This document shows positions 48,714-58,586 of a stretch of 64,000 bases of DNA, piece by piece (the stretch's first letter is position 1; every line of letters begins with the position of its first letter). The stretch lies in contig CAWKDB010000010.1 of NCBI GenBank assembly GCA_963848295.1, positions 2,240,001 through 2,304,000 on the forward strand, read 5' to 3'. The notes below the pieces were generated by a model that saw nothing but the letters and a program-made list of their open reading frames with translations, ran no database searches and was not told the DNA's origin. This stretch comes from an uncultured delta proteobacterium (GTDB lineage: Bacteria > Myxococcota_A > Polyangia > Haliangiales > Haliangiaceae). Made by a program: the position numbers and the translations under genes.

Positions 48714-49003
48714 TCAGTTGCAGACGCGCGTCGACTCGTAGAGGTCGAAGCCGCCCGCACCGCCCGGGCGATCCGACGCGAAGAACGCGTCGAGCCCGTC
48801 TCCAGGGACGTTCGGGCAACACAGCCCGGCGTCGGCGCTTGCCACGGTCCGAACGCGGTGCAGGGCACGTCCCCATCGGGGAGCACCGAAAGGCTATCGC
48901 GCGCGGCGTCGCCGATGTCGGCGGCCGAGCCGAAGCCGAACCCGACCCGACCGCAACCGGTGACCGCGACGAGCAACGCAGCGCGAGCACTCACGAGCAC
49001 CAT
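48714..49003 (-). pseudogene. Internally deleted 'CGRVGF' lipoprotein with an out-of-frame terminal PD40-like repeat
   Basis: N-part ..VTGCGRVGF..FGPWQAPTP, then in another frame CCPNVPGDGLDAFFASDRPGGAGGFDLYESTRVCN*. Confidence 0.6.
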
Positions 49004-49102
49004 CTCCACGAGACGCGAGGCTCGCTCAGCCGGCGTGCGGCGAAAACTTGGGGGCACATGTGATGAGGTGTAGGATAAGGTGCTCCAGGAGTCGGTATAC
49101 CT

Positions 49103-51682
49103 ATGTCGAAAAACCGAAAGATTCAGGAAACATCGGTTCGCGGAGGATCCGACCGCCGGCGGGAGGTGCTGGGGGTGGTCGGGCTCGGCGCTGGGTTGTT
49201 CCTGCTGATCGCCATGATCTCGCTCCAGCTCGGGGCCCACGTGATGGGGCCGTTCGGCCGCTCGAGCGCCGGCCTATTCTACGGCCTCGCCGGGATGTGC
49301 GGCTACTTGTTGATCGCGCTCGGCCTCGTCGCGGCGATCCGCACGCTGCTCGGCCGCGAGTCGGTGCTGCCGCTCGCGATCGCGTCGGGCAGCTTGCTCG
49401 GCGTGGTCGCACTCGCGACGCTGATCCACTTGATCGCGGCGGGCTATCGCGTCGCGGGTCACGGTCCGGGCGGCGCGATCGGCGAGCACCTCGCCGAGAT
49501 CCTCCGCGCGGTGATCAGCACGGCCGGGACGGCGTTGCTCGCGGTGATCGGCCTGGTCGTCGCAGTGGTGATCGCGACGCCGTTGCGGATGCGCGACGTC
49601 CTGCATGCGATGTGGACGGCGATGCGCGCCGCCGGTCGCGGCATCAAGATCGGCACGCTCGCGTTCGCGCGGTTCTGGGGCGACGTGTTCCGCGCGATCC
49701 TGCCCGACCGCGACGCTCGCGATGACGACGACGAAGACCTCGAGATCGAAGACGAGGACGTGCTCGAGGCCGCGGCCGACGAGACCGGCCCGGAGCCGAT
49801 GATCTTCGAGCGCACGCAGCCGTCCGCGATCGAGGTGATCGAGCTGACGCCGGCCAAGAAGAAGAAGCGCGAGTCGCAAAAGACCGAGGTCGATCTCGTC
49901 GTGCCCGGGCCCGCCGCGAACGACGAACAGATCGTCGAAGCCGATGCGGTGCCGAGCAAGAAGAAGCAACGGCTCGCCGCGGGCACCGAGGCCCCGCCGA
50001 TGCCGCCGCCCGAGCCGACCGACACCGCGGGCCCGGTGATCTTCGAGCCGAAGTTCAAGAACGCGGACAAGGCGACCATGGCGGCGAAGGAGAAGCAAGC
50101 CGACCAGGAGCGTCAGAGCTTCATCAAGCTCGGCGAGGGCGAGTACCAGCTGCCGTCGATCCAGCTGCTCAACTACGACGGCTCCGGGGTCAATCAGATC
50201 GACAAGACCGCGATGCTCGAGCTGTCGGCGAAGCTGACCCAGACGCTCGAGAACTACGGGGTCAAGGGCGATGTCGTCGCGATCCGGCCCGGTCCGGTCG
50301 TCACGATGTACGAGTTCGCGCCCGCGCCCGGTACGCGCGTCAACAAGATCGTCAACCTCACCGACGATCTCGCGCTCGCGCTCGAAGCGCTCCGCGTGCG
50401 CATCGTCGCGCCGATTCCGGGCAAGGCCGCGGTCGGCATCGAGGTGCCGAATCGCTCGCGCGAAAAGGTGTTCCTCAAGGAGATCCTCGCCGACGAGATG
50501 TTCCGCAAGGGCCGCGGCAAGCTACCGCTCGCGATCGGCAAGGACATCGAAGGCGGGCCCAGCGTCGTCGACCTCGCGCGCATGCCGCACTTGCTCGTCG
50601 CGGGCACGACCGGCTCGGGCAAGTCGGTCGCGGTCAACGCGATGATCACGAGCTTGCTGTATCACTGCTCGCCCGAAGAAGTTCGGATGATCATGGTCGA
50701 TCCGAAGATGCTCGAGCTGTCGATCTACGAAGGCGTGCCGCACCTGCTGCTGCCGGTGGTGACCGATCCGAAGAAGGCGAACCTCGCGCTGCGCTGGGCG
50801 GTCGAGGAGATGGAGCGGCGCTACGACATGCTCGCGCAGCTCGGCGTGCGCGACATCGGCTCGTTCAACGAGAAGGTGGGCAAGCAGCTCGCGAAGCTCG
50901 AAGCCGACAAGCTGCGCGCGGTCGCGGACGCCGCCGCCGCCGCACTCGAGAACGATCTCGGCAAGGCCGTCGCGGCCGATTCGCCCGAAGCGGCCGACGC
51001 GCGAGAGAAGGTCGAGTCGCCGATGCACAAGCTGCCGTACATCGTCGTCGTGATCGACGAGTTCGCCGACCTGATGATGTGCGCGCCGAAAGAGGTCGAG
51101 ACCAGCGTCGCGCGCATCGCCCAGAAGGCGCGCGCCGCGGGCATTCACTTGATCCTCGCGACGCAACGGCCGTCGGTCGACGTGATCACGGGCCTGATCA
51201 AGGCGAACTTTCCGTCGCGCATCGCGTTCTCGGTCGCGTCGAAGATCGACTCGCGCACGATCCTCGACCAGAACGGCGCCGAAGCGCTGCTCGGTGCCGG
51301 CGACATGCTGTTCTCCGACCGCGGCGCGGCACCGCAGCGCTTGCACGGTTGCTACGTCGACGAAGCCGAGATCCATCGCGTCGTCGAGTTCTTGAAGACG
51401 CAAGGTCGCCCGGTCTACAACCTCGACATCGTCAAGCCGCGCGACGAAGACGGCGAAGACGGCCAGACGAACATGCCGGCCGGCAAGAGCGATGACGATA
51501 TGTACGACAAGGCCGTCTACATCGTGACGACGACGCGCAACGCGTCGATCTCGTGGGTCCAGCGCCAGCTGCGCATCGGCTACAACCGCGCCGCGCGTCT
51601 CGTCGAGGAGATGGAGAAGCAAGGCGTGGTCAGCGGCCCGGACCACACGAACAAGCGCGAAGTGCTCGTCGCGGCGGCGTAG
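49103..51682 (+). CDS. ftsK: DNA translocase FtsK
   Basis: N-terminal TMs; PHLLVAGTTGSGKS, IDEFADLM, ATQRPSVDVITG; gamma domain QRQLRIGYNRAAR. Confidence 0.97.
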   Translation: MSKNRKIQETSVRGGSDRRREVLGVVGLGAGLFLLIAMISLQLGAHVMGPFGRSSAGLFYGLAGMCGYLLIALGLVAAIRTLLGRESVLPLAIASGSLLGVVALATLIHLIAAGYRVAGHGPGGAIGEHLAEILRAVISTAGTALLAVIGLVVAVVIATPLRMRDVLHAMWTAMRAAGRGIKIGTLAFARFWGDVFRAILPDRDARDDDDEDLEIEDEDVLEAAADETGPEPMIFERTQPSAIEVIELTPAKKKKRESQKTEVDLVVPGPAANDEQIVEADAVPSKKKQRLAAGTEAPPMPPPEPTDTAGPVIFEPKFKNADKATMAAKEKQADQERQSFIKLGEGEYQLPSIQLLNYDGSGVNQIDKTAMLELSAKLTQTLENYGVKGDVVAIRPGPVVTMYEFAPAPGTRVNKIVNLTDDLALALEALRVRIVAPIPGKAAVGIEVPNRSREKVFLKEILADEMFRKGRGKLPLAIGKDIEGGPSVVDLARMPHLLVAGTTGSGKSVAVNAMITSLLYHCSPEEVRMIMVDPKMLELSIYEGVPHLLLPVVTDPKKANLALRWAVEEMERRYDMLAQLGVRDIGSFNEKVGKQLAKLEADKLRAVADAAAAALENDLGKAVAADSPEAADAREKVESPMHKLPYIVVVIDEFADLMMCAPKEVETSVARIAQKARAAGIHLILATQRPSVDVITGLIKANFPSRIAFSVASKIDSRTILDQNGAEALLGAGDMLFSDRGAAPQRLHGCYVDEAEIHRVVEFLKTQGRPVYNLDIVKPRDEDGEDGQTNMPAGKSDDDMYDKAVYIVTTTRNASISWVQRQLRIGYNRAARLVEEMEKQGVVSGPDHTNKREVLVAAA

Positions 51683-51685
51683 ACG

Positions 51686-52051
51686 TCACATCGAATAGAA
51701 GAACTCTTCGCGCACGATCTTGTTGTTCTTGACCGTGAACAGCGCGACCTCGCGCATGTTGAAGCGCTGCTTGTCGGCCCTGCGCGTGATGTCGTAGTCA
51801 AACATCACCGCGAACCGGTCGTCGTGAGGGAACGGCCCCTCGACCTTCGCGGCGTGGATCTCGTGAGCCGCCGCCCAGTGCTTGCTCTTCTCGAGGCACG
51901 CGGCGAGGCCTTTGGTCTCGCGCTGCTGCCCGGGAGGTGCGCCTGCCTCGACGCTGACGATGTCATTCGCATACAGCGACTTGATCGCCTCGTCGTTCTT
52001 GCCGGCTCTACAGAATTCTACGAGCTGGTTACCGATTTCTTTGCTGGTCAT
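51686..52051 (-). CDS. SnoaL-like/NTF2-family protein
   Basis: LVEFCRAG..LYANDIVSVEA..KIVREEFFY. Confidence 0.8.
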   Translation of the reverse strand: MTSKEIGNQLVEFCRAGKNDEAIKSLYANDIVSVEAGAPPGQQRETKGLAACLEKSKHWAAAHEIHAAKVEGPFPHDDRFAVMFDYDITRRADKQRFNMREVALFTVKNNKIVREEFFYSM

Positions 52052-52057
52052 GGCGGC

Positions 52058-52090
52058 AGTATGAGCGCGCCGATTGACAGCGGCATGTCA
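52058..52090 (-). promoter_or_regulatory. TGACA-N6-TGTCAA-N10-CATACT-N6-ATG: WYL-activator-type leaderless promoter
   Basis: Perfect palindrome at 52075-52090 with the same geometry as the ssb site. Confidence 0.6.
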
Positions 52091-52157
52091 GCTATTGCCA
52101 AAATCGCCGAAGCAGCGGGAGCGTGCGCCACCGCCCGGCGCCGTATACGCTCGCCAC

Positions 52158-52952
52158 TTGCGGGCGACCTGGCTCACCGACATCCACTTGAACTTCATGC
52201 GGCCGCTCGCGCTGCAAGCGTTCTACGACCGCGTCAAGCAGGAGCAACCCGACGTGTTGCTCGTCACGGGCGACATCGGTGAGGCCGACTCGGTGTTGCG
52301 CTACACCGACGAGCTCGCGGTGATCGCGCCGCTGTACTTCGTGCTCGGCAACCACGACTATTATCGCTCGAGCATCTCGGCGGTGCGCGCCCAGATGGAG
52401 CGCCGATCCGGGCGCGCGAAGTGGTTGCCCGCGCTCGAGCCGGTGCGGATCGGCGAGCGCGTCGTGTTGCTCGGCGTCGACGGCTGGGGCGACGCGCGGT
52501 GTGGCGACCTCGCGTCGACCGTGCAGCTATCGGACTGGCAAGTGATCGACGACTTCAAGCGGCTGCACGGCGATCGCAAGCGCCGGATCGAGCTGTTGCA
52601 ACGCCTCGGCGGCAACGAAGCCCGCGCGCTCCGCGATCGGTTGTCGCGCGCTCCCGAAACCGCGCAGCTGCTCGTGCTCACCCACGTGCCGCCGTTTCCC
52701 GAAGCGTGCGTCTACGCCGACCAGCCATCGGACGCGAGCTGGCTACCGTGGTTCACGTGCATCGCGACGGGCGAGGTGCTCGTCGAGCACGCGCGCGCTC
52801 ATCCGCAGACTCGCATCACCGTGCTGTGCGGTCACTCGCACGGGCTCGGCGTGTGCCAGCCAGAGGCGAACCTCGAGGTGCGCACCGGTGGTTGGCCCGC
52901 CGGCGTCGAAGGCTACGGCAATCCGGTCGTGCAGCTGACGCTCGAGCTCTGA
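52158..52952 (+). CDS. Calcineurin-like metallophosphoesterase
   Basis: TDIH, TGDI, GNHD, THVPP, GHSH; TTG start preceded by TACGCT. Confidence 0.85.
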   Translation: MRATWLTDIHLNFMRPLALQAFYDRVKQEQPDVLLVTGDIGEADSVLRYTDELAVIAPLYFVLGNHDYYRSSISAVRAQMERRSGRAKWLPALEPVRIGERVVLLGVDGWGDARCGDLASTVQLSDWQVIDDFKRLHGDRKRRIELLQRLGGNEARALRDRLSRAPETAQLLVLTHVPPFPEACVYADQPSDASWLPWFTCIATGEVLVEHARAHPQTRITVLCGHSHGLGVCQPEANLEVRTGGWPAGVEGYGNPVVQLTLEL

Positions 52953-53651
52953 CTACGGGCTCGCGTCGTCATCGGCAGCGGGCCGGGCACGGACCTTACC
53001 CGCGCGACCGCGCAAGCGAAACAAGCATTGGCGCGCGCGCGTGATCGATTCACTCGCGGTCTCGTCGCCTCGCACGTCGTGCATCGGCCGGGTCTCGAGC
53101 CGGTCGATCGCGACGCCCATCGAGTCGACACACGCCAGCGTCCGGCAAGCGCACGCACGGCCGTGGAGCTCTGCGGCGATCGTTTGCCAGTCCGCGAGAT
53201 CGAACCGCAGCGCCGCGTCGAGCGGAGGATCCGCCGAATCGGACTCGGGGTCGAAGCTCCACGCCGGTTCGTCGAGGCGCGGCGGGCATAGCTGGCCGTC
53301 GCGCTCGCACGCTTCGAGCATCGCGATGAACTGGCGGCGCACGGCGAGATCCGCGGTCGCGGCGCGGACCTCGTCGTCGATCGTTTGCGCGACCACGTGG
53401 TCGAGTTGTGCGTCGAGGTTCACTTGCATCTGCGCGATCTTGGTCTCGAGCGCCGCCTCGACACCGCGCTCGGCGATCAACGCGCGCTCGAGCTCCGGCT
53501 TGCCGTAGCTCGGCTGATAGTCGTCGGGCGTGGCGAGCACGGTCGCGGGCAGCGGAGCCGGCAGCGGAGTCACCGGCGGCATGGTCGCGACGTGGGGGCC
53601 GCAACCGGTCACGACAGCGATGAATACGGCGGCGAGCCGGGCGTCTCTCAC
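52953..53651 (-). CDS. Cys-rich hypothetical lipoprotein
   Basis: VTGC lipobox; ACACRTLACVD motif. Confidence 0.65.
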   Translation of the reverse strand: MRDARLAAVFIAVVTGCGPHVATMPPVTPLPAPLPATVLATPDDYQPSYGKPELERALIAERGVEAALETKIAQMQVNLDAQLDHVVAQTIDDEVRAATADLAVRRQFIAMLEACERDGQLCPPRLDEPAWSFDPESDSADPPLDAALRFDLADWQTIAAELHGRACACRTLACVDSMGVAIDRLETRPMHDVRGDETASESITRARQCLFRLRGRAGKVRARPAADDDASP

Positions 53652-53693
53652 GTAGATAGAGTAACCGCCGCGTCGGCGTGCTACCACCTCGCC

Positions 53694-54497
53694 ATGAGCC
53701 GCATCGCGTTCCTAATCGCGTGTACAGGTCTGAACCTGCTCGGCGCGCCGAGCTTTGCCTCGCCGACCGCAACCGCGGCGCCGGCAGCTCCCGCCGCATC
53801 CGCCGCCCCGCTGTCCGCCGAAACCGCCGTCGACAACGTTCAGAAGTTCTACGCCGGCATCCAGCAGGTGACCGCACAGTTCCGGCAGTACGTCACGAAC
53901 TCGACGTTCGGCACCACGAAGCAGAGCAACGGCAGGGTCTGGCTCGTCAAGCCCGGCAAGATGCGGTTCGACTACTACGAGAAGACCGGCGGCAAGGTGT
54001 TGGCCAAGAAGAGCTTCATCTCGAACGGGACGACGCTCTACATGGTCGAGCACGACAACAAGCAGGTGGTCCAGAAGAACCTGCAGGCCGACCTGATGCC
54101 GGTCGCGCTCAGCTTCTTGTTCGGCAAGGGCGACCTCAAGCAAGACTTCAATACCCAGCTCGACCCGACGCTGGATGCGAAGTTGAACCTCGCCGGCACC
54201 CCCGACGTCGTGATCGGCCTGACGCCCAAGCAACCGTCCGCGCAGTACAAGATGCTCGTGCTCGTCGTCAACAGGACCGACTTTCACGTCAAGCAGTCGA
54301 TCATCATCGACTCGTCGGGCAACATCAATCAGTTCGAGTTCTTCGCGCCGGACTTCAAGACGCCGATCCCGGCTCGGTTGTTCGAGTTCGATCCGAAGAG
54401 CGTGCCCGCGTACCGCATGATCAACGCGAACCAACCGGCCGGTGCCCCCGCGGGCTCGGCGGCGGGCCCCGCTCCGGCTCCGCCCGCGACGAAGTAG
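53694..54497 (+). CDS. lolA: Outer-membrane lipoprotein carrier LolA-like
   Basis: TAQFRQ..GRVWLVKPGKMRFDY..ISNGTTL; located near ftsK. Confidence 0.85.
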   Translation: MSRIAFLIACTGLNLLGAPSFASPTATAAPAAPAASAAPLSAETAVDNVQKFYAGIQQVTAQFRQYVTNSTFGTTKQSNGRVWLVKPGKMRFDYYEKTGGKVLAKKSFISNGTTLYMVEHDNKQVVQKNLQADLMPVALSFLFGKGDLKQDFNTQLDPTLDAKLNLAGTPDVVIGLTPKQPSAQYKMLVLVVNRTDFHVKQSIIIDSSGNINQFEFFAPDFKTPIPARLFEFDPKSVPAYRMINANQPAGAPAGSAAGPAPAPPATK

Positions 54498-54531
54498 CGC
54501 GCCCCCGACCAAGCCGTGCGATGATCTGCCG

Positions 54532-55752
54532 ATGGCCGAGCGGCCGCTGCTGATCTTCGTCAGCGACATCCACCTGACCGATCGGCTGCACGGCAACGCG
54601 GTCAGCAAAGCCGATCAGTTCAAGCGGTTCTGGGACCGGATCAGCGCCGTGCGCGGCAAGCGACCCGCCGAGCTGTGCGTCGTCGGAGATCTATTCGATC
54701 TCGTGCGCTCGCCGTCGTGGTTCGAGGGCCGGCATCGCCCTTATCACGGAGCGCACACGAACGGCGTGGTCAAGAACGTCGAGCAGATCGTCGACGAGAC
54801 GATCCGCCGCGAACAGGGCTTCTTCGATGCGATCAAGGCCAAGCTCGCGACCGGCGAGCTCGTGTTCCATTACGTGGTCGGCAATCACGATCGCTTGCTG
54901 ATGACCGCTCCTGCCGCGCAACAACGCATCGCCACCGCGCTCGGCCTGCCGAAGCTCGTGCTCCACCGCGAGCTCGAGTTTCGCGATCACGGGGTGCTCG
55001 CGTATCACGGCAACGTCGGCGATCCGATCAACGCGAGCCCCGACGGCGACGCGACGATCGGCGACGCGATCGGCTCCGAGCTGATCCTGCGGTTCCCGCG
55101 CAAGCTGCGCACGCTGGTCGGCGACGATCATCCGGGCATCGATGACATCGACGACATCGACGACGTTCGCCCGGTCTACGCCGTGCCGGCATGGGTGCGG
55201 CAACAGAGCGCGATCCGGCCCGAGCTCCACAAGCCGATCCGCAGCGTGTGGAGCGAAGGCGTCGATGAATTCTTGCAGAACGAGTTCGTGCGCGACTGGC
55301 TCGGCCGGCAGCGCAAGACATTCTCGCTCGATCTCGGCCGCAAGCTGCACCTGCTGCTCGAGCTGTCCCGCAACAAGGTGATCGCGCACGGTTCCGACGA
55401 GCGGTTGACCCAGCTCTACAAGTTCTTCCAGCACAGCTTCGACGGCAAGATGCAGGAGCTCGCCGCGACCGAGCTCGGCCGGCGCCGAGGCCTGCGCTAC
55501 GTCGTCAACGGTCACTCGCACTTTCCGTCGATGCAGCCGCTCGGTCGGATCGATGGCGAGCCGGCGGTCTACTTCAACACCGGCACGTGGCGCGCGGTGC
55601 ATCAGATCGGCCACGACCTCGGCGGTCGCCCGAGCTTCTTGCCATACGACGCGATGAGCTACCTGGTGTTCTTTCCGACCGATGACAAGCTCGGCCGCGA
55701 CTACGAGTGGTGGACCGGCGCGATGGTCGCGCGCGCGCACTCGATCGGCTAA
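54532..55752 (+). CDS. Metallophosphoesterase (LpxH-like fold)
   Basis: SDIH, GDLFD, GNHD, HGN, GHSH, NTGTW. Confidence 0.8.
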   Translation: MAERPLLIFVSDIHLTDRLHGNAVSKADQFKRFWDRISAVRGKRPAELCVVGDLFDLVRSPSWFEGRHRPYHGAHTNGVVKNVEQIVDETIRREQGFFDAIKAKLATGELVFHYVVGNHDRLLMTAPAAQQRIATALGLPKLVLHRELEFRDHGVLAYHGNVGDPINASPDGDATIGDAIGSELILRFPRKLRTLVGDDHPGIDDIDDIDDVRPVYAVPAWVRQQSAIRPELHKPIRSVWSEGVDEFLQNEFVRDWLGRQRKTFSLDLGRKLHLLLELSRNKVIAHGSDERLTQLYKFFQHSFDGKMQELAATELGRRRGLRYVVNGHSHFPSMQPLGRIDGEPAVYFNTGTWRAVHQIGHDLGGRPSFLPYDAMSYLVFFPTDDKLGRDYEWWTGAMVARAHSIG

Positions 55753-55762
55753 GGTGCGCGCG

Positions 55763-57409
55763 ATGGCGCTGTCCCCGCTCCGTTCGCACCCGCGCCAGGT
55801 CGCACCGAAGGGGCCGGTCGTGCTCGTCGTGATGGACGGCGTGGGCCGGGGTGCCGGCGACGAAGCCGATGCGGTCGCGATCGCGGCGACCCCGACGCTC
55901 GATCGCTTGTGGGTTCCGGGCGTCCGCGCGGAGCTACGCGCGCACGGCAAGTCGGTCGGCCTGCCGAGCGACGACGACATGGGCAACAGTGAAGTCGGCC
56001 ACAACGCGCTCGGCGCCGGCAAGGTCTACGACCAGGGCAGCAAGCTCGTCGGTCGCGCGATCGCATCTGGCGCGCTGTTCGAGGGCGTGACGTGGCGCGA
56101 GATCGTCGAGCGTGGCGCGCGGGGCGGAGCGCTGCACTTCCTCGGCCTGTTGTCCGATGGCAACGTGCATTCGCATCTCGATCATCTCGAGGCGTTGCTC
56201 GGCGCGGCGGCGAAGGCCGGCTGCAAGCAGCTGTTCGTTCACGCGCTGCTCGACGGCCGCGACGTGCCGCCGTATTCGGCGCTGGAATATGTCGACCGCA
56301 TCGAGCGGTTCCTCGCGAGCTTGCGCACCTCGGGCATCGACGCCCGGATCGTGTCGGGCGGCGGACGCATGACGATCACGATGGACCGCTACGAAGCCGA
56401 CTGGGCGATGGTCGAGCGCGGCTGGCACACGCACGTGCTCGCCGACGCCCGGCCGTTCGCCTCCGCGACGCAAGCGGTCGAGACGTTACGCGCCGAGCAC
56501 CCGGGCGTGATCGACCAGGACCTGCCCGCGTTCGTCATCGAGCCTCGCGCGCCGATGCGCGACGGCGACGCATGCGTGCTGTTCAACTTCCGCGGCGATC
56601 GCGCGATCGAGATCTCGCGCGCGTTCGACGACCGAGAGCTCGATAAGTTCGATCGCGTGCGCACGCCCGACGTGCTCTACGCCGGGATGATGGAGTACGA
56701 CGGCGATCTTCACGTTCCGCGCCACTACTTGGTCACGCCGCCGCAGATCGAACGACCGATGGGCGAGCTGCTCGCGGCGTCGCACATCAGCCAGCTCGCG
56801 ATCTCGGAGACCCAGAAGTACGGCCATGTCACTTACTTCTGGAACGGCAACCGCAGCGGGAAGTTCGACGAACACAGCGAGACGTACATCGAGATCCCGA
56901 GCGACCGCGTGCCGTTCGATCAACGCCCATGGATGAAGGCGGCCGAGATCACCGATCGGTTGATCGCCGAGCTGCGCTCGGGCAAGCACCGGTTCGCGCG
57001 GGTCAACTACGCCAACGGCGACATGGTCGGCCACACCGGCTCGTTCGACGCGACCGTCGTGGCGGTCGAGACGGTCGATCTCCAGCTCGCTCGGCTCGCG
57101 ATCGCTATCGAAGAATTGCAAGGAATTCTGGTGGTTACTGCCGACCACGGCAACGCGGACGAGATGTATCAGCGAGACAAGCGCGGCCGCGTGATCCGCG
57201 ATAAGCAAGGCGTGCCGGTCGCGAAGACCAGCCACACGTTGTCACCCGTGCCATTCTTGATCCACGATCCCATGCGCGGCGACCGCTACGATATCGATCC
57301 CGCTCGTGCTGCGAACGCTGGAATCGCGCACGTCACCGCGAGCTGTCTCGAGCTACTCGGCCTGACTCCTCCCGATGATCTTGAGCCTTCGTTGTTGAGG
57401 TTTCGATGA
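55763..57409 (+). CDS. gpmI: 2,3-bisphosphoglycerate-independent phosphoglycerate mutase
   Basis: MGNSEVGH, SDGNVHSH, DGRD, ETQKYGHVT, NGDMVGH, TADHGN. Confidence 0.95.
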   Translation: MALSPLRSHPRQVAPKGPVVLVVMDGVGRGAGDEADAVAIAATPTLDRLWVPGVRAELRAHGKSVGLPSDDDMGNSEVGHNALGAGKVYDQGSKLVGRAIASGALFEGVTWREIVERGARGGALHFLGLLSDGNVHSHLDHLEALLGAAAKAGCKQLFVHALLDGRDVPPYSALEYVDRIERFLASLRTSGIDARIVSGGGRMTITMDRYEADWAMVERGWHTHVLADARPFASATQAVETLRAEHPGVIDQDLPAFVIEPRAPMRDGDACVLFNFRGDRAIEISRAFDDRELDKFDRVRTPDVLYAGMMEYDGDLHVPRHYLVTPPQIERPMGELLAASHISQLAISETQKYGHVTYFWNGNRSGKFDEHSETYIEIPSDRVPFDQRPWMKAAEITDRLIAELRSGKHRFARVNYANGDMVGHTGSFDATVVAVETVDLQLARLAIAIEELQGILVVTADHGNADEMYQRDKRGRVIRDKQGVPVAKTSHTLSPVPFLIHDPMRGDRYDIDPARAANAGIAHVTASCLELLGLTPPDDLEPSLLRFR

Positions 57410-57963
57410 GCACCAAAGCGTTGCTTAGCATCCTGCTCGCGGGCGCCGCCGGCGTCGTCTTCTTCCTCTACGTCCACATGTCGCCGGGCGGCGGCAAGAT
57501 CGAGGTCGGGACGAGCAAGGCCGCCGCGTGTGATCGCAACTCGGGCGACTGCCTGCCCGACGTCACGTATATCGACACGAGCGGCAAGAAGTACGACCTC
57601 GCCGCGCTCGCCGGCAAGGTCGTCGTCGTCAACTTCTGGGCGACGTGGTGCGGCCCGTGCAAGATGGAGATTCCGGATCTGTCGAGAGTCTACGATCACT
57701 ACAAAGATCGCGGCGTCGTGTTCCTCGGTGTGCTGACCGACCAGGCCGGCGATCAGGAGCTGCTCAACTTCGCGAGCGATCACGAGATGACCTATCCGAT
57801 CGTGCGCGCGAGCTCCGATATCATCACCGCGTTCCACTATCCTCAGGCGCTGCCGACGACGTTCGTGTTCAGCCGCGGCGGCAAGCAAGTGTTCAGCCAC
57901 GTCGGCGCGATCAGCGAGGGCGCGTTGTCGGGGCTGCTCGACGAGTACGTCGCCGAGAAGTAA
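57406..57963 (+). CDS. TlpA/ResA thioredoxin-like disulfide reductase
   Basis: VNFWATWCGPCKMEIP; N-terminal membrane anchor. Confidence 0.9.
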   Translation: MSTKALLSILLAGAAGVVFFLYVHMSPGGGKIEVGTSKAAACDRNSGDCLPDVTYIDTSGKKYDLAALAGKVVVVNFWATWCGPCKMEIPDLSRVYDHYKDRGVVFLGVLTDQAGDQELLNFASDHEMTYPIVRASSDIITAFHYPQALPTTFVFSRGGKQVFSHVGAISEGALSGLLDEYVAEK

Positions 57964-58008
57964 GCGCACCTCTATCGCAGCATCGCGCCTCGCGGCGGCG
58001 CGCGCTCG

Positions 58009-58551
58009 CTAGAACGTTCCGCCGACCGCGAGGCCGGCACCGCCGTGGACGACGATCGGCGCGAGCGAGTAGGTCAGCTGACGGTGGTTGTAACGAACGA
58101 CCGAGTCCCCGGCGTCGGCGACGTCCCAGGCCGTGCCACCGATGTACGCGATCGCCGCGATGCCGAGCAACGCGAGCCCGGTGCCTTCGAGTGACTTGCA
58201 GTCGTGCGTCGGATCGAGATCGCACGGCGCGGTCTTCTCTTCGGTCGAGACCGCTACCGCTGCCAATGCCGCGGCTCCGACGCGCACGCCCATGCCCCAC
58301 GTCAGCCAGTCGTGCGCGTACCACTGGCCGAGCGAAGGCGTGATCAAGGATGTGCCGAGCCCGATCTCGAGCATCGGCACATTGATATCGTTGTAGTCGT
58401 TCGCGGTGAAGAAGCTCGCCACGATCAACGCCGACGACACACCAGCCCCGACCCCCGACAACGCGATCGCCGTGTTCGGGTTCTTATCTCCGTCGGCGCG
58501 GGCCGTGCTGGATGCAATTCCGAGGGCTGCAATGAGGACAAAAGTCCGCAT
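58009..58551 (-). CDS. Hypothetical membrane or secreted protein
   Basis: MRTFVLIAALG signal; KNPNTAIALS, PSLGQWYA; ends GGTF. Confidence 0.7.
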   Translation of the reverse strand: MRTFVLIAALGIASSTARADGDKNPNTAIALSGVGAGVSSALIVASFFTANDYNDINVPMLEIGLGTSLITPSLGQWYAHDWLTWGMGVRVGAAALAAVAVSTEEKTAPCDLDPTHDCKSLEGTGLALLGIAAIAYIGGTAWDVADAGDSVVRYNHRQLTYSLAPIVVHGGAGLAVGGTF

Positions 58552-58586
58552 GCCCGACGATAGCGCGATGTGCGAGGATGATCGCC

